Origin: Minisyncoccota bacterium
GTDB taxonomy: Bacteria; Patescibacteriota; Minisyncoccia; Phycocordibacterales; UBA9973
NCBI GenBank assembly: GCA_017991395.1
Contig: JAGOQQ010000001.1
Coordinates: forward strand, 97,864-161,863
DNA length: 64,000 bases
Direction: 5' to 3'
The position numbers were made by a program, and so were the translations under genes. Of the stretch, positions 32,213-42,466 are shown piece after piece (the stretch's first letter is position 1; every line of letters begins with the position of its first letter). The notes under the pieces are model-generated. The model was not told where the DNA came from, made no database searches, and saw only the letters and a program-made list of their open reading frames with translations.

Positions 32213-33190
32213 GTGAGGTTATTAGTATTAATACAAAAAAACTATCTTATGAAATATATATTAGGTTTAGTAATGGCATTTGTGCTTTCCATGACGGGTT
32301 TTGTAGCATCACGCAATCACGCATACGCGGAAAGTGGTAGCAACGACGACAATGACAGCAGTGAGTCTTCTGATGATTCAGATGAATCTGACGATTCTGG
32401 GAATGATTCTGAAGATGACTCAAACGAGAGCGATGATTCTGGTAATGACTCCGATGACGACATAAATGACGACAAAGGAGGCCTTCGACCACGTGTTGAT
32501 AAAATACGTGAAATGGAATACAGAAAAGAACGCGAAGACTGGAAAAACGCTCTTAATTTATCAAAAGATGAATTTAAGTTTAAAAAAGATGAAGCGTCAG
32601 AAAGCATGCGCATGATGACCGCTGAATTCAAAGCGAAGCGAGAAGCACTCAAAGAGCAATTCGAAAAGAGAAGTGAAGAATTCAAGCAAAAGAAGGAACT
32701 CATGAAAGAAGAGCTCAAAAAGAAACTTGGTGAAGTTCGAGGAAACATTTTTATCAGATTTGATATTGCGGTAGAACGTCTCACTCAAATTCAAGACAAG
32801 CTTGCACTTCGAATCGACACATACACAAACGAGGGCAAAGATATGTCTTCTGCAAAATCATATCTTGATTCATCAAAATCTCACCTTGCGAAAGCAAAAG
32901 TTCTCATCGCCGATGCAAAAACAAAAGCTGAATCAGACACATCATCAACTACAGCAACCATCACTGATGATAGAGACAATAGTATAAACCAAGCACTTCG
33001 AGACGAAATTCGCGCACTCCTTAAAAGCGCAAAAGAAGAATTGAAGCTTGCGCATGATGATTTGAAGAATGCATTCAAATCAATAGTCGGAGTTATCAAT
33101 CCAAAAAGTGATGACGACAGTGATGATTCAAACGACGATTCAAATGATGATTCATCTTCTGATGACAATTCAGATGGTTCAAACAACTAA
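32213..33190 (+). CDS. secreted, extremely acidic D/S/E-rich protein with central coiled-coil (325 aa)
   Basis: Signal peptide MKYILGLVMAFVLSMTGFVASRNHAYA (start may be 32249); SDDSDESDDSGNDSEDDSNESDD tracts at both termini. Confidence 0.6.
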   Translation: MRLLVLIQKNYLMKYILGLVMAFVLSMTGFVASRNHAYAESGSNDDNDSSESSDDSDESDDSGNDSEDDSNESDDSGNDSDDDINDDKGGLRPRVDKIREMEYRKEREDWKNALNLSKDEFKFKKDEASESMRMMTAEFKAKREALKEQFEKRSEEFKQKKELMKEELKKKLGEVRGNIFIRFDIAVERLTQIQDKLALRIDTYTNEGKDMSSAKSYLDSSKSHLAKAKVLIADAKTKAESDTSSTTATITDDRDNSINQALRDEIRALLKSAKEELKLAHDDLKNAFKSIVGVINPKSDDDSDDSNDDSNDDSSSDDNSDGSNN

Positions 33191-33211
33191 TAACAATTAA
33201 TAAAAAACTCA

Positions 33212-33565
33212 ATGGAAAACTTTGAACAAAACACACAAATGCCTCCAGTAGAAAACAAGCCGCCAGTTGTAAATGTCACTCAAAAGCAAACTGGACAAGG
33301 CGCACTTCTTGGTTCAATTATTATTATTTTGTTGATAGTTGTTGGTGCGATTTTTGTCATCAAAAATACACGAAACACAATGACAGATTCTGTAAATGAT
33401 CAACAAATGAACACGGAATCACAAGATGAAGTAATGGACACAAATACATATGTCGAGACACAATCTTCAGTATCAGGTTCAGACGAACTATCTGAAATTG
33501 GGACTGAAATCGACGCAACAAATATCAATTCTGTAGATTATGGAGTTGATGAAGAATTCAAATAA
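33212..33565 (+). CDS. small single-pass membrane protein, acidic C-terminus (117 aa)
   Basis: TM LLGSIIIILLIVVGAIFVI. Confidence 0.45.
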   Translation: MENFEQNTQMPPVENKPPVVNVTQKQTGQGALLGSIIIILLIVVGAIFVIKNTRNTMTDSVNDQQMNTESQDEVMDTNTYVETQSSVSGSDELSEIGTEIDATNINSVDYGVDEEFK

Positions 33566-33591
33566 ATAGTAGTAGTACAAAATAGTACATA

Positions 33592-33631
33592 CAAGAAACG
33601 GGCGGACGCATACGCGTCCGCCCGTTTCTTG
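33592..33631 (+). terminator. rho-independent terminator
   Basis: aaacgggcggacgcatacgcgtccgcccgttt. Confidence 0.65.
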
Positions 33632-33773
33632 TATCCTCCAAAAAGCGTGTGAATTTTAAAACTTTACCTTTACCCCAATTTATTGTAGACTCATTGCACT
33701 ATTTCGCATGAAATCGGACGGACAATGAGTATTTAAAAATTATTATTTAAGCACCGCATTTTAAATTTGATAT

Positions 33774-34826
33774 ATGAATCACACAGTAAAAAAACTAGAG
33801 AAAAGTAGAGTGGAAATTGAAGGCGAGCTCGCAGTAGATATTTTCGAGGGGTATCGTGCACGCGCACTCGAACACCTCGGTGCACACATTGAAGTCGATG
33901 GATTCCGCAAAGGACATGTACCGGCATCTGTACTTATAAAACATATTCCAGAAAATCTTCTCCTTGAAGAAATGGCAGAGATGGCACTCGGTGAGCACTA
34001 TCCAAAAATTTTGGAAACTGAAAAACTCGATGCTATTGGACGACCACAAATTGCTATCACCAAGCTCGCTCCTGCTAATCCTCTCGGATTCAAGATCACT
34101 TTTGACACACTCCCAAAAATCACACTTCCAGATTATAAAAAAATAGCTGAAGAAACTCGTAAAGAAAAAATTGATGTCGAAGTAACAGAAAAAGATATTG
34201 ATGAAACAGTTCTCCAAATCCGACGAATGCGCGCACACGAAGATCTTCACAAAGAAGGCGGGCATGCACACGATGATCACTCTCATGCACCAGTGACAGA
34301 CGAAAATCTTCCAGTGTTTGATGATGAATTTGTAAAAACTCTTGGTGCGTTTGAGACAGTGGAATCTTTCAAAGAAAAACTCAAAGAAAATATTTCAAAA
34401 GAAAAAGAACGTGAATCACGGAGCACAATGCGTCTCAAAATTGCAGAAGCTCTACTTGAGAAAACAACTATGGATGTACCACAAATTCTCATTGATAGCG
34501 AGATGGAGAAAATGATGTTTCGACTTAAGACTGATGTTGAAAATGCCGGAATTGTATTTGAGGAATACTTAAAGAATATTTCAAAAACCGAAGACGACAT
34601 CAAAAAAGAATGGGAGCCTGATGCAACAAAGAAAGCATCCCTCGAACTCATGATTTTTGAAATCGCAAAGGAAGAAAAAATGAAACTTGATGAGAAAGAA
34701 GTGAACAATGAAGTAAAAGCGGTCCTCACTCAATACCCTGGCGCAGACAAAATGCGTGCACAAGCATATGTTGAGCAAGTACTTATGCACGAGAAGGTAT
34801 TTTTACTCCTCGAAGGAAAAGCGTAG
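33774..34826 (+). CDS. tig: trigger factor lacking the PPIase (FKBP) domain
   Basis: N-terminal ribosome-binding signature DGFRKGHVP; C-domain aligns (LPVFDDEFVKTLGAFETVESFKEKLKENI). The FKBP domain is replaced by a short His-rich linker AHEDLHKEGGHAHDDHSHAP; 350 aa. Confidence 0.8.
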   Translation: MNHTVKKLEKSRVEIEGELAVDIFEGYRARALEHLGAHIEVDGFRKGHVPASVLIKHIPENLLLEEMAEMALGEHYPKILETEKLDAIGRPQIAITKLAPANPLGFKITFDTLPKITLPDYKKIAEETRKEKIDVEVTEKDIDETVLQIRRMRAHEDLHKEGGHAHDDHSHAPVTDENLPVFDDEFVKTLGAFETVESFKEKLKENISKEKERESRSTMRLKIAEALLEKTTMDVPQILIDSEMEKMMFRLKTDVENAGIVFEEYLKNISKTEDDIKKEWEPDATKKASLELMIFEIAKEEKMKLDEKEVNNEVKAVLTQYPGADKMRAQAYVEQVLMHEKVFLLLEGKA

Positions 34827-34842
34827 CTCTTATAATTTTATA

Positions 34843-34876
34843 AAAACCAACTTAGAAAATTCTGAGTTGGTTTTTA
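34843..34876 (+). terminator. rho-independent terminator after tig
   Basis: aaaaccaacttagaaaattctgagttggtttt. Confidence 0.6.
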
Positions 34877-34948
34877 TATTGGGAGTATATGATATGTAAT
34901 AACTTTTAAATTTTACATCTATCCATATTCAAGTGTTTTAGTGTTCTA

Positions 34949-35893
34949 GTGCCCCAGTGTTCACATGTTTGCATGTACATGTCTTTTTATTCTTGTGATA
35001 TAATTTATCTCGTAATGCACCATACTCGTCTTTCAATTTTTATACTTCCAGTACTCATAATTGGTCTTAGTATTTTTACTACCTATGTAGAAGAAAATCC
35101 TTCTTTTGCAGCACTTTTTTCTATTTCACAAGTTGCAAATCCAACAGCCGGCGAAGAGGCGAGCCAAAATATTGAAGAAGTTGTCTCTGATGCGCTCGAA
35201 GAAGCCGAGGAGATTATTGATGAAGGTTCCCCTGATGTGTCGGTAGATGATCCAGTTGCTGAAGATTTAGATACACCTACGGATGAAGCTGGAATTGATC
35301 CCGATGTCGCAATTGAAGAGGAAGTAGGAGTAAGTGAAGAACAAGGAGATCCAGATATTTCAGAAGAACCTACAACCGAAGCACCGAGCGAAGAAAGTGG
35401 TCAAGGAGGTGGAGGTGGTGCAAGCGAAAGCGAAGAAACACCAGCCGAATCGACCCCGGAAGAATCCGAACCAGAAACGCCTGAAGAAACTCCCGCAGAA
35501 ATAATTCCAGAAGTTGTAGAGGAGATTGTGGAAGAAGTACCTCTCGATGACGCAGCGCTCTTGGCTGAAAAAATTGCAAAGTATGAAGTTTCAAAAAGCA
35601 TGATTTCAAGTCGATTCCAACAAAATCTCTTTCGGCTTGAACAAACTCGTGATGAGATTCGTGCAAAAATCGCAGCAATGGAACAAGCAGGAAAAGATGT
35701 CTCTCGTGCAAATGAAGCACTCGCAAATCTGGAAGACGCTATTGTCCAATCAAAGCGATACATGCGTGATTCAGCACAACCAGAATCAATCGGCGCAGTT
35801 CAATCAATGCTCATAGAATACGTAAACAACATACGCACATCACTCAACACCGGATACAGTCAATTGTTTAATGTAATAAAAGAAACTCAATAA
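34949..35893 (+). CDS. secreted/anchored highly acidic protein with C-terminal coiled-coil (314 aa; start possibly 35015)
   Basis: Hydrophobic anchor LSIFILPVLIIGLSIF; E/D/P/T-rich low-complexity region; GGGGG. Confidence 0.5.
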   Translation: MPQCSHVCMYMSFYSCDIIYLVMHHTRLSIFILPVLIIGLSIFTTYVEENPSFAALFSISQVANPTAGEEASQNIEEVVSDALEEAEEIIDEGSPDVSVDDPVAEDLDTPTDEAGIDPDVAIEEEVGVSEEQGDPDISEEPTTEAPSEESGQGGGGGASESEETPAESTPEESEPETPEETPAEIIPEVVEEIVEEVPLDDAALLAEKIAKYEVSKSMISSRFQQNLFRLEQTRDEIRAKIAAMEQAGKDVSRANEALANLEDAIVQSKRYMRDSAQPESIGAVQSMLIEYVNNIRTSLNTGYSQLFNVIKETQ

Positions 35894-35925
35894 AAAAAGC
35901 CCGCGATGAAATACGCGGGCTTTTT
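35894..35925 (+). terminator. rho-independent terminator
   Basis: aaaaagcccgcgatgaaatacgcgggcttttt. Confidence 0.65.
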
Positions 35926-35940
35926 GATTTGCATGTGCTC

Positions 35941-36117
35941 CTAACTAACTTTGTTTTTCTGGTCACGAATCGCAACGATAGTAATGAGAATAAATATAAA
36001 AATTACTGTTGCGATGAAAACTACATGTTGGGTTTTGTACCCAGCAATCAATGAAGTTACGGACATTGTATCCCCTACATGCTTACTTGTTGATTGAAGA
36101 AGTGTGAGTTTAATCAT
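35941..36117 (-). CDS. possible small membrane peptide (58 aa)
   Basis: MIKLTLLQSTSKHVGDTMSVTSLIAGYKTQHVVFIATVIFIFILITIVAIRDQKNKVS; below the ORF-track threshold, found by eye. Confidence 0.25.
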   Translation of the reverse strand: MIKLTLLQSTSKHVGDTMSVTSLIAGYKTQHVVFIATVIFIFILITIVAIRDQKNKVS

Positions 36118-36450
36118 GGTCTTGGTCTTTTGGTTTTGAGGTTCATTTTAGGGAAAAAAGTGGCCGACTTTAGTAGTCGACCAGCAATCAGTACAATTTT
36201 ATGTAATGTCCGGCGTTTCCACCGACTTCATTCTTAGTGTGACAATTGTGCCAAGCAAGGCAAAACCAATCACCCAGACTACAGGAAGAGTGCCGGTAGC
36301 CGTAGCTAAATAATGAATCATTTCTTGTATCATTTTTTTCTTTTATATATGTTTGATACTATTATATCAGAAATATGTTTATTGTCAACCATCGATTTGA
36401 ATAAAAAATAGCGCATTCTTTCGAATACGCTAATACTGTGATTGTAACTA

Positions 36451-36912
36451 CTACTGGTGCACCGTAGTTGAATAAGCGACAATCTTGTTTTGATACAATC
36501 CAGTAAGTGGATTGTATACGCCGGGAATAACACTTACCATTGCTCCTGGTACACCTGGTGCTCCTGAGTCCAAATGATCTTCGATATGATTGTTAATTGC
36601 GGTGAGAGCATTGATTCCATCGGAGAATCCCGAGGCATCATCACCAACCAAATCTCCGTCGCTATCAAGTGCCCAGAAATTTTTGTCTGTAATAATATCC
36701 CAGACATACATCTGAATAGGAGTAGTTGGGTCACCTTGTGATCCTCCACCTCCATTTCCGCCACCGCCACCTACTGTGACGATGACTCCGCCACCGGCTC
36801 CTCCATTATTTCCATAATACGGTCCGTCATATCCGGGGTCATTTGATCCTTCACAGGATGTAAACAGTGTTACTGTGGCAATCGCGAAGATTGCAATGAT
36901 TAAGTTCTTCAT
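36451..36912 (-). CDS. Gly-rich putative lipoprotein (153 aa)
   Basis: Signal peptide plus LFTSC lipobox-like; GGAGGGVIVTVGGGGGNGGGG. Confidence 0.5.
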   Translation of the reverse strand: MKNLIIAIFAIATVTLFTSCEGSNDPGYDGPYYGNNGGAGGGVIVTVGGGGGNGGGGSQGDPTTPIQMYVWDIITDKNFWALDSDGDLVGDDASGFSDGINALTAINNHIEDHLDSGAPGVPGAMVSVIPGVYNPLTGLYQNKIVAYSTTVHQ

Positions 36913-37050
36913 ATTCTTAAGTTTTTATAGATTTCTTACATACATTATAGCAAATATATAGAATTTGTCAATAGACCCTTTTGCCATCCCCGACCTTTCA
37001 AAAAGTCATATTTTATGGTATTATTTTGCTATTCTTATAAATAACCATTA

Positions 37051-37641
37051 TTGTATATGCTTATTCCAACAGTTTTAGAAAAATCACAATTTGGCGAGCG
37101 GGCGTACGACATTTACTCTCGTCTTTTGAAAGACCGGATTATCTTCCTCGGAGGACCAGTCGATGACCATATTGCAAACCTTGTGGTTGCCCAGCTTTTG
37201 TTTCTGGCAAATGAAGATCCAAAAAAGGATATTAGTCTATATATCAATTCTCCAGGAGGATCAATATCAGCGGGACTTGCAATATACGACACCATGCAAT
37301 TTATCAAGCCTGATGTCTCAACAATCTGCGTGGGAATGGCCGCATCAATGGGAGCATTCCTGCTTGCAGGCGGAGCAAAAGGAAAACGCTTTGCACTTCC
37401 AAACTCTGAAGTGATGATTCACCAACCAAGCGGTGGCTCAGAAGGACAAGCGACTGATATCGAAATCAACGCACGACACATTCTCAAAATTCGAGCAAAA
37501 CTCAATGATATTCTCTCAAAAAACACTGGGCAAAAAATCTCAGTTATTGAAAAAGACGTAGAACGTGATACTTGGATGGACGCAGATGAAGCCAAGAAAT
37601 ACGGACTTGTGGACACAATTATTGCGAAAGCAAAATCATAA
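37051..37641 (+). CDS. clpP: ATP-dependent Clp protease proteolytic subunit
   Basis: [19 protein letters not shown]; catalytic Ser in [11 protein letters not shown], His in MIHQP, Asp in the C-terminal region; 196 aa. Confidence 0.95.
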   Translation: MYMLIPTVLEKSQFGERAYDIYSRLLKDRIIFLGGPVDDHIANLVVAQLLFLANEDPKKDISLYINSPGGSISAGLAIYDTMQFIKPDVSTICVGMAASMGAFLLAGGAKGKRFALPNSEVMIHQPSGGSEGQATDIEINARHILKIRAKLNDILSKNTGQKISVIEKDVERDTWMDADEAKKYGLVDTIIAKAKS

Positions 37642-37644
37642 TTA

Positions 37645-37674
37645 AAATGCGGCGCCTAAGGGCGCCGCATTTTA
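37645..37674 (+). terminator. terminator after clpP; GC-rich hairpin family member
   Basis: aaaatgcggcgcctaagggcgccgcatttt. Confidence 0.65.
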
Positions 37675-37892
37675 ATTTGGCCTCCCACAAAGTCCCTCTA
37701 TTTACGAATTGCTTTTCACAATGTATTATAAAGATAATCGAATTTATTAGATTAGAACCGTAGCAACCCCTTTTACAGAATCCTACCAGAATTTCATGAA
37801 ACGATTTTTTACTTCACTCTCAAAGAAATTACACACATTCCCCACTTTCCTATACAAAGGACGGTAAAAGAGGCACATCTACACATTTTATT

Positions 37893-39419
37893 ATGTCGAC
37901 ATTAGCACTTATAATCGCGACCACAGCTGCACTTATCGGAGCGGGTCTCGGATACTATTTGCGTATTTTGATTTCAAAAGGTCAACGTGGATCAATGGAA
38001 CTCGAAATAAAGCAGATGCTCGTTGGAGCAAAAGAAGAAGCAGGAAGAATTCTTGACGAATCAAAAAAGAAAGCAGATGAAAGAAGCGAGGCATTAAAAG
38101 AAGAAGAACGCACAAAAGAAGCTGAGTTTAAAAAAACAGAAGAAAGACTTATTAAAAAAGAAGGACTCCTCGACGCTCGCCAAACTGAAATTGATCGCGA
38201 AGTTGAAAACATAAAACTCAAAATTGATGAGATAAAAAAAGTAAAAGAACGCATTGATGTAGCTGATGAACAAAAAACACGTGAACTCGAACGAGTCTCA
38301 ACACTCTCTCGTGATCAAGCAAAAGAAGAACTTGTTCGCACAATCGAAAAAAACTTTGAAGAAGATTTGATGATTCGTATCCAAAAAATGGAGCATGCAA
38401 ATCATGAAAAGCTCGACAGACGTGCAAAAGAAATTCTTTCAACTACCATCCAGCGTCTCGCCTCATCTACTGCATCAGAAATGATGACGACAAATGTCAC
38501 CATCCCTTCTGACGACATCAAAGGGAAAATCATTGGAAAGGAAGGCCGCAATATTCGCGCATTTGAACGTACGGCTGGTGTAGAACTCATTGTAGACGAC
38601 ACTCCTGGCACAATCATCATCTCGTCGTTTGATCCTGTACGAAGACAAATTGCACGCGTTGCACTAGAAAATTTGATTCTCGATGGACGCATTCAGCCTG
38701 CAAAAATTGAAGAGCTTGTGGAGAAAGCGAAAGAAGAAATCAATAAAATAATCAAAGAGAAAGGAGAGCAAGCAGTATACGAATGTGGAATATTCAATTT
38801 TGATCCAAGAATTATTGCAATCATTGGCCGACTCTATTTCCGAACAAGTTATGGACAAAATGTGCTTCAGCACTCAATTGAGATGGCACACATTTCTGGA
38901 ATGCTTGCTGAAGAACTCGGTGCAGATGTCTATGTCGCCAAAGCCGGTGCATTGGTACACGATATCGGAAAGGCGCTCGACCACGAAGTACAAGGAACAC
39001 ATATTGATATCGGTATTCGAATCTTGCAAAAGTTTGGTGCAGACCCACGCATTATCACTGCAATGAAATCTCACCATGATGATTGCCCTCACGAAAGTAT
39101 CGAAGCGGTTATTGTACAAACTGCTGACTACATCTCTGGTGGACGCCCTGGTGCACGACGCGACACTGTCGAAAATTATCTCAAGAGACTCAAAGAGCTT
39201 GAAGCGCTCGTCAATGGATTTCAAGAAGTTGAAAAATCATACGCGATATCAGCAGGACGAGAAGTGCGAGTGTTTGTCACTCCGGAAAAAGTCACAGATG
39301 TCGAAGCAAAAGAACTTGCTCGAAATGTGGCACAGAAGATTGAGAATGAATTGAAGTATCCTGGAGAAATCAAAGTCACCGTAATCCGTGAAAATAGAAT
39401 TGTAGAGTACGCAAGATAG
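37893..39419 (+). CDS. rny: ribonuclease Y (N-terminal TM, coiled-coil, KH, HD domains)
   Basis: KH GxxG (IIGKEGRNIRAFE); HD motif VHDIGKA; 508 aa. Confidence 0.92.
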   Translation: MSTLALIIATTAALIGAGLGYYLRILISKGQRGSMELEIKQMLVGAKEEAGRILDESKKKADERSEALKEEERTKEAEFKKTEERLIKKEGLLDARQTEIDREVENIKLKIDEIKKVKERIDVADEQKTRELERVSTLSRDQAKEELVRTIEKNFEEDLMIRIQKMEHANHEKLDRRAKEILSTTIQRLASSTASEMMTTNVTIPSDDIKGKIIGKEGRNIRAFERTAGVELIVDDTPGTIIISSFDPVRRQIARVALENLILDGRIQPAKIEELVEKAKEEINKIIKEKGEQAVYECGIFNFDPRIIAIIGRLYFRTSYGQNVLQHSIEMAHISGMLAEELGADVYVAKAGALVHDIGKALDHEVQGTHIDIGIRILQKFGADPRIITAMKSHHDDCPHESIEAVIVQTADYISGGRPGARRDTVENYLKRLKELEALVNGFQEVEKSYAISAGREVRVFVTPEKVTDVEAKELARNVAQKIENELKYPGEIKVTVIRENRIVEYAR

Positions 39420-39434
39420 AATGACAGGTATAAA

Positions 39435-39460
39435 TAAAACCCACAGTAATGTGGGTTTTA
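39435..39460. terminator. bidirectional terminator between rny and convergent gene
   Basis: aaaacccacagtaatgtgggtttt. Confidence 0.65.
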
Positions 39461-39464
39461 TTGT

Positions 39465-41846
39465 TTAGTCTTTTGACGTTACTGTTTTTGTTGTTGAGGT
39501 TTTTGTATTCCCTGCTTGATCATATGCTTTTGCAGAAAGCGTGTACGATGTAATCCCTGGTGCTACTGGCACTGTCCACAATGAACATGTATATGGCTGA
39601 AGATCATCAGAACAAATGGTTGTACCGTTGACCAAAAATTCTACTTTCACCACTCCTACATTGTCTGATGCAGATGCAGCCATTGGTACTACAAATCCTT
39701 TCTTGACCGATGATACTGATGAAGGCAGAGACATATTGATAGTTGGAGCTACGGTGTCGGTAGGTGTGTATGATATTTCAATTTGTGAAGTACTTTTATC
39801 TCCAGCATTGTCTGTCACCGTGACCTTGATTGTATTCGCACCATTTTTCAACAATATTGGACTGAGTGTCCACCCAGACGAAACACTGTTTTGATTGCCT
39901 GAAATTTGAAGCACTGACCCGACATAATGTTCCCATTCAAGATTCATTTGACCACTTTCTGGATCAGAAGCATTTCCGGCAATTACGACTGATTGAGTAG
40001 GTGATGAATATGTAGATGACGATGAAGGTGAAGTAATTGAAATTGTTGGCGGTTGGTTTACTGGTGCCGCAACACTAAGTGGAATTGTGACATAGCCATA
40101 TGCGTATGCTGGTATCACATGAAGTGCTGGTGAGGTGACATTTCCTTGTGTGACAGAAATTTGATCATTTGTCTCATACTGAACATCTCCTGCACCACCC
40201 TTTCCAATTGAAGCGAGTAGTGAGTCCCCCGCCATTTGATGAAATCTACCCTGAGAAGAAACCATGTTTATTTGATTTCCGTTGTATGTAAGTGTCGGGA
40301 ATGAAACTGTCTTGCCTGATCTGTTTGCATAATACACAAACAAAGTGTTGGCATTTTGATCAAGATACGTGTACACATCTATTGGTTCTTGTGTTTGATA
40401 TGAGACTGAAACATCCTTAAGTGCTCGGTTGTAAATCGGGCGTGAGATCATTGCTTCATGATACAGTGCGCGCTTTACATAAATAGAACCTGGAATCCTG
40501 ATTGACTCTGGTTCGCTGTTAAGTTTTTCATTGATCAATCCATATGCCACAAACCCTGTGAAGTTGTGCTGTATAGCATATTCCAAAAATCCAGGATTTT
40601 CTACTGCAACCTTGTTCATTTCATTTCTGAACAATCCAACAAAAAGAGCGTTGAATAGTGAATTTGAATAATATCCACTTCCTTGATGTTGTGGTCCCGC
40701 CCAGTGTGAAAGATTCCACTCAGTAAGCCACATTTTTTTGTTGGGGAATTTTTGCTGGAAGTACACAAATGTTTCTTTGAATGTTGGGAATCCGATGTTC
40801 TTTCCTGTTGTACTCATTACTTCAGAAAGTGAATTGATGTTTTTCATGTATCCGGTATATTCACTTGCGCACTCAAATGCCAATTCGCGAGATGGCTGAT
40901 TGTCACACTTAACTTGTGGGTAAACGTGCACAATGTATGAATTGTATAAAGTTGGGTCTGTGCTGAGTGCATTTGCTATTGCAGTATTCCATGTATCATT
41001 TTTTGCAAACGCTGGAGAGTTTGTTGGTCGCATTGGAGCAGCCACCAGTCCAGTCTTCACATCTGGATGTGCCGACTTGAGTGCAAGTGCAAATGTTCGT
41101 GCTTTTGCCAAATACAGTGTGGGATTTTCTTGAAAACCAATATTTTCTGCATTGGTTTCGTTTCCAAGTTCTACACCTGCAATTTCTACGCCATTTTGTT
41201 TCAAAAGAGAAACTTGTGCCACTATCTCAGCTGGCGTTCCATAAATTATGTTTGCCACAAGAAGAGCCTTTGCATCATCTGCTTTTGCATCCTCAATAAA
41301 ATCAAAGATGAAATTGCGTCCACTTGGAAGTGTTTGTTCGTATGCTACGTAGTTTGCAGGACTTCCCACAACGTTTGGAACCTGATGTTCACCGTAGAGA
41401 GAGAGGTCGGTATTTACATCAGCCATTCGATATCCATACCCTTTTGCGATTGTTGTACTCGTGTCTGAAGTGTACAAGTGGTAGTATCGTGAGTCTGTAC
41501 CAGCCGGAAATCTATAGACTTTTGCATTTAGTTCACTCAATACCGCACGCTCACCTGAATCAAAAGTATATCCAGTAGATGGATTGTACTGTGAGGAGTT
41601 GTTCATATTGTACTTCGTCTTGGAGTAGTAGCTACTCAAGTGCATACCAAACAATCCTCCTGGTACGGTTTTAGGATTTGCACTCACTGAAAGTGGAATC
41701 TGAACTTGGGCATTTGAAGTCACCACTTGCGCTACTTGACCCCAATTGCTTATTTTTCCAATCAAGAACACACATGAAAGCGCTATGACAATAATGAGAA
41801 TGACAATGCGTATAGTATCTTTTTTCATAGAATCATCGTAATACAT
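39465..41846 (-). CDS. secreted protein with putative clan GH-A glycoside hydrolase (TIM-barrel) core and C-terminal FN3/Big domains (793 aa)
   Basis: N-terminal anchor or signal. IAGVELGNETN (NE acid/base-like) and MWLTEWN (nucleophile-like) motifs. C-terminal Big domain DNVGVVKVEFLVNG...AKAYDQAGNTKTS is homologous to the C-terminus of the 1718-aa protein. Confidence 0.55.
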   Translation of the reverse strand: MYYDDSMKKDTIRIVILIIVIALSCVFLIGKISNWGQVAQVVTSNAQVQIPLSVSANPKTVPGGLFGMHLSSYYSKTKYNMNNSSQYNPSTGYTFDSGERAVLSELNAKVYRFPAGTDSRYYHLYTSDTSTTIAKGYGYRMADVNTDLSLYGEHQVPNVVGSPANYVAYEQTLPSGRNFIFDFIEDAKADDAKALLVANIIYGTPAEIVAQVSLLKQNGVEIAGVELGNETNAENIGFQENPTLYLAKARTFALALKSAHPDVKTGLVAAPMRPTNSPAFAKNDTWNTAIANALSTDPTLYNSYIVHVYPQVKCDNQPSRELAFECASEYTGYMKNINSLSEVMSTTGKNIGFPTFKETFVYFQQKFPNKKMWLTEWNLSHWAGPQHQGSGYYSNSLFNALFVGLFRNEMNKVAVENPGFLEYAIQHNFTGFVAYGLINEKLNSEPESIRIPGSIYVKRALYHEAMISRPIYNRALKDVSVSYQTQEPIDVYTYLDQNANTLFVYYANRSGKTVSFPTLTYNGNQINMVSSQGRFHQMAGDSLLASIGKGGAGDVQYETNDQISVTQGNVTSPALHVIPAYAYGYVTIPLSVAAPVNQPPTISITSPSSSSTYSSPTQSVVIAGNASDPESGQMNLEWEHYVGSVLQISGNQNSVSSGWTLSPILLKNGANTIKVTVTDNAGDKSTSQIEISYTPTDTVAPTINMSLPSSVSSVKKGFVVPMAASASDNVGVVKVEFLVNGTTICSDDLQPYTCSLWTVPVAPGITSYTLSAKAYDQAGNTKTSTTKTVTSKD

Positions 41847-42102
41847 TTTAATTTATAAATTTAATTATGCTATTGATAAATAGATGTATCTATATTGTAC
41901 TAAAGATTCACTCAAAATTAGAGAATATATGGGGATACATACCTGACAGAATACGCCAACGCAATCCCCTTTTCTGGACTTTGAACTCTTGCACAAAAAA
42001 TCCCTTGGTATATAATGATATTTAGACGTTTGAACAATCTTCAAACAAGTAACGAAAAAAAAACGGTCATCCAATTATCAGGATAATCATTTGTGTTTAG
42101 AT

Positions 42103-42375
42103 ATGAATAAACAAGCAATGGTTGAAATGGTCCACGCAAAACTTGGTGGAACAAAAGTTCAAGCAGAAGAAATCGTTGAGTCAATCATCGATTCGATCGT
42201 CACCACTTTGAAGAAAGGTGAAGAAGTGTCTATTGCAGGTCTCGGCATCTTCTCGGTGAAGGCCCGAGCTGCGCGAATGGCTCGTAATCCTAAAACAGGA
42301 GAGCAAGTCAAAGTCGCCGCAACAACAGTCCCAAAATTTAGAGCAGCAAAGGCTCTCAAGGACGCAGTAAAATAA
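42103..42375 (+). CDS. hup: DNA-binding protein HU
   Basis: MNKQAMVEMV...GLGIFSVKARAARMARNPKTGEQVKVAATTVPKFRAAKALKDAV; 90 aa after trimming 4 residues. Confidence 0.92.
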   Translation: MNKQAMVEMVHAKLGGTKVQAEEIVESIIDSIVTTLKKGEEVSIAGLGIFSVKARAARMARNPKTGEQVKVAATTVPKFRAAKALKDAVK

Positions 42376-42415
42376 AAGTCTGCCTGCCGGCAGTCAGATT
42401 CATCAAAGAATCATA

Positions 42416-42445
42416 GAAAAAGCCCGTTTCCTACGGGCTTTTTCT
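42416..42445 (+). terminator. rho-independent terminator after hup
   Basis: aaaaagcccgtttcctacgggcttttt. Confidence 0.65.
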
Positions 42446-42466
42446 AATACTTGCATAATATATTTT

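Noticed and set aside
32317-32784. 155-aa and 81-aa minus-strand ORFs antisense to the acidic protein gene
   Set aside because: Low-complexity Ser/Leu-rich mirror of the GAT/GAA-rich sense strand; the sense frame has a signal peptide and terminator.
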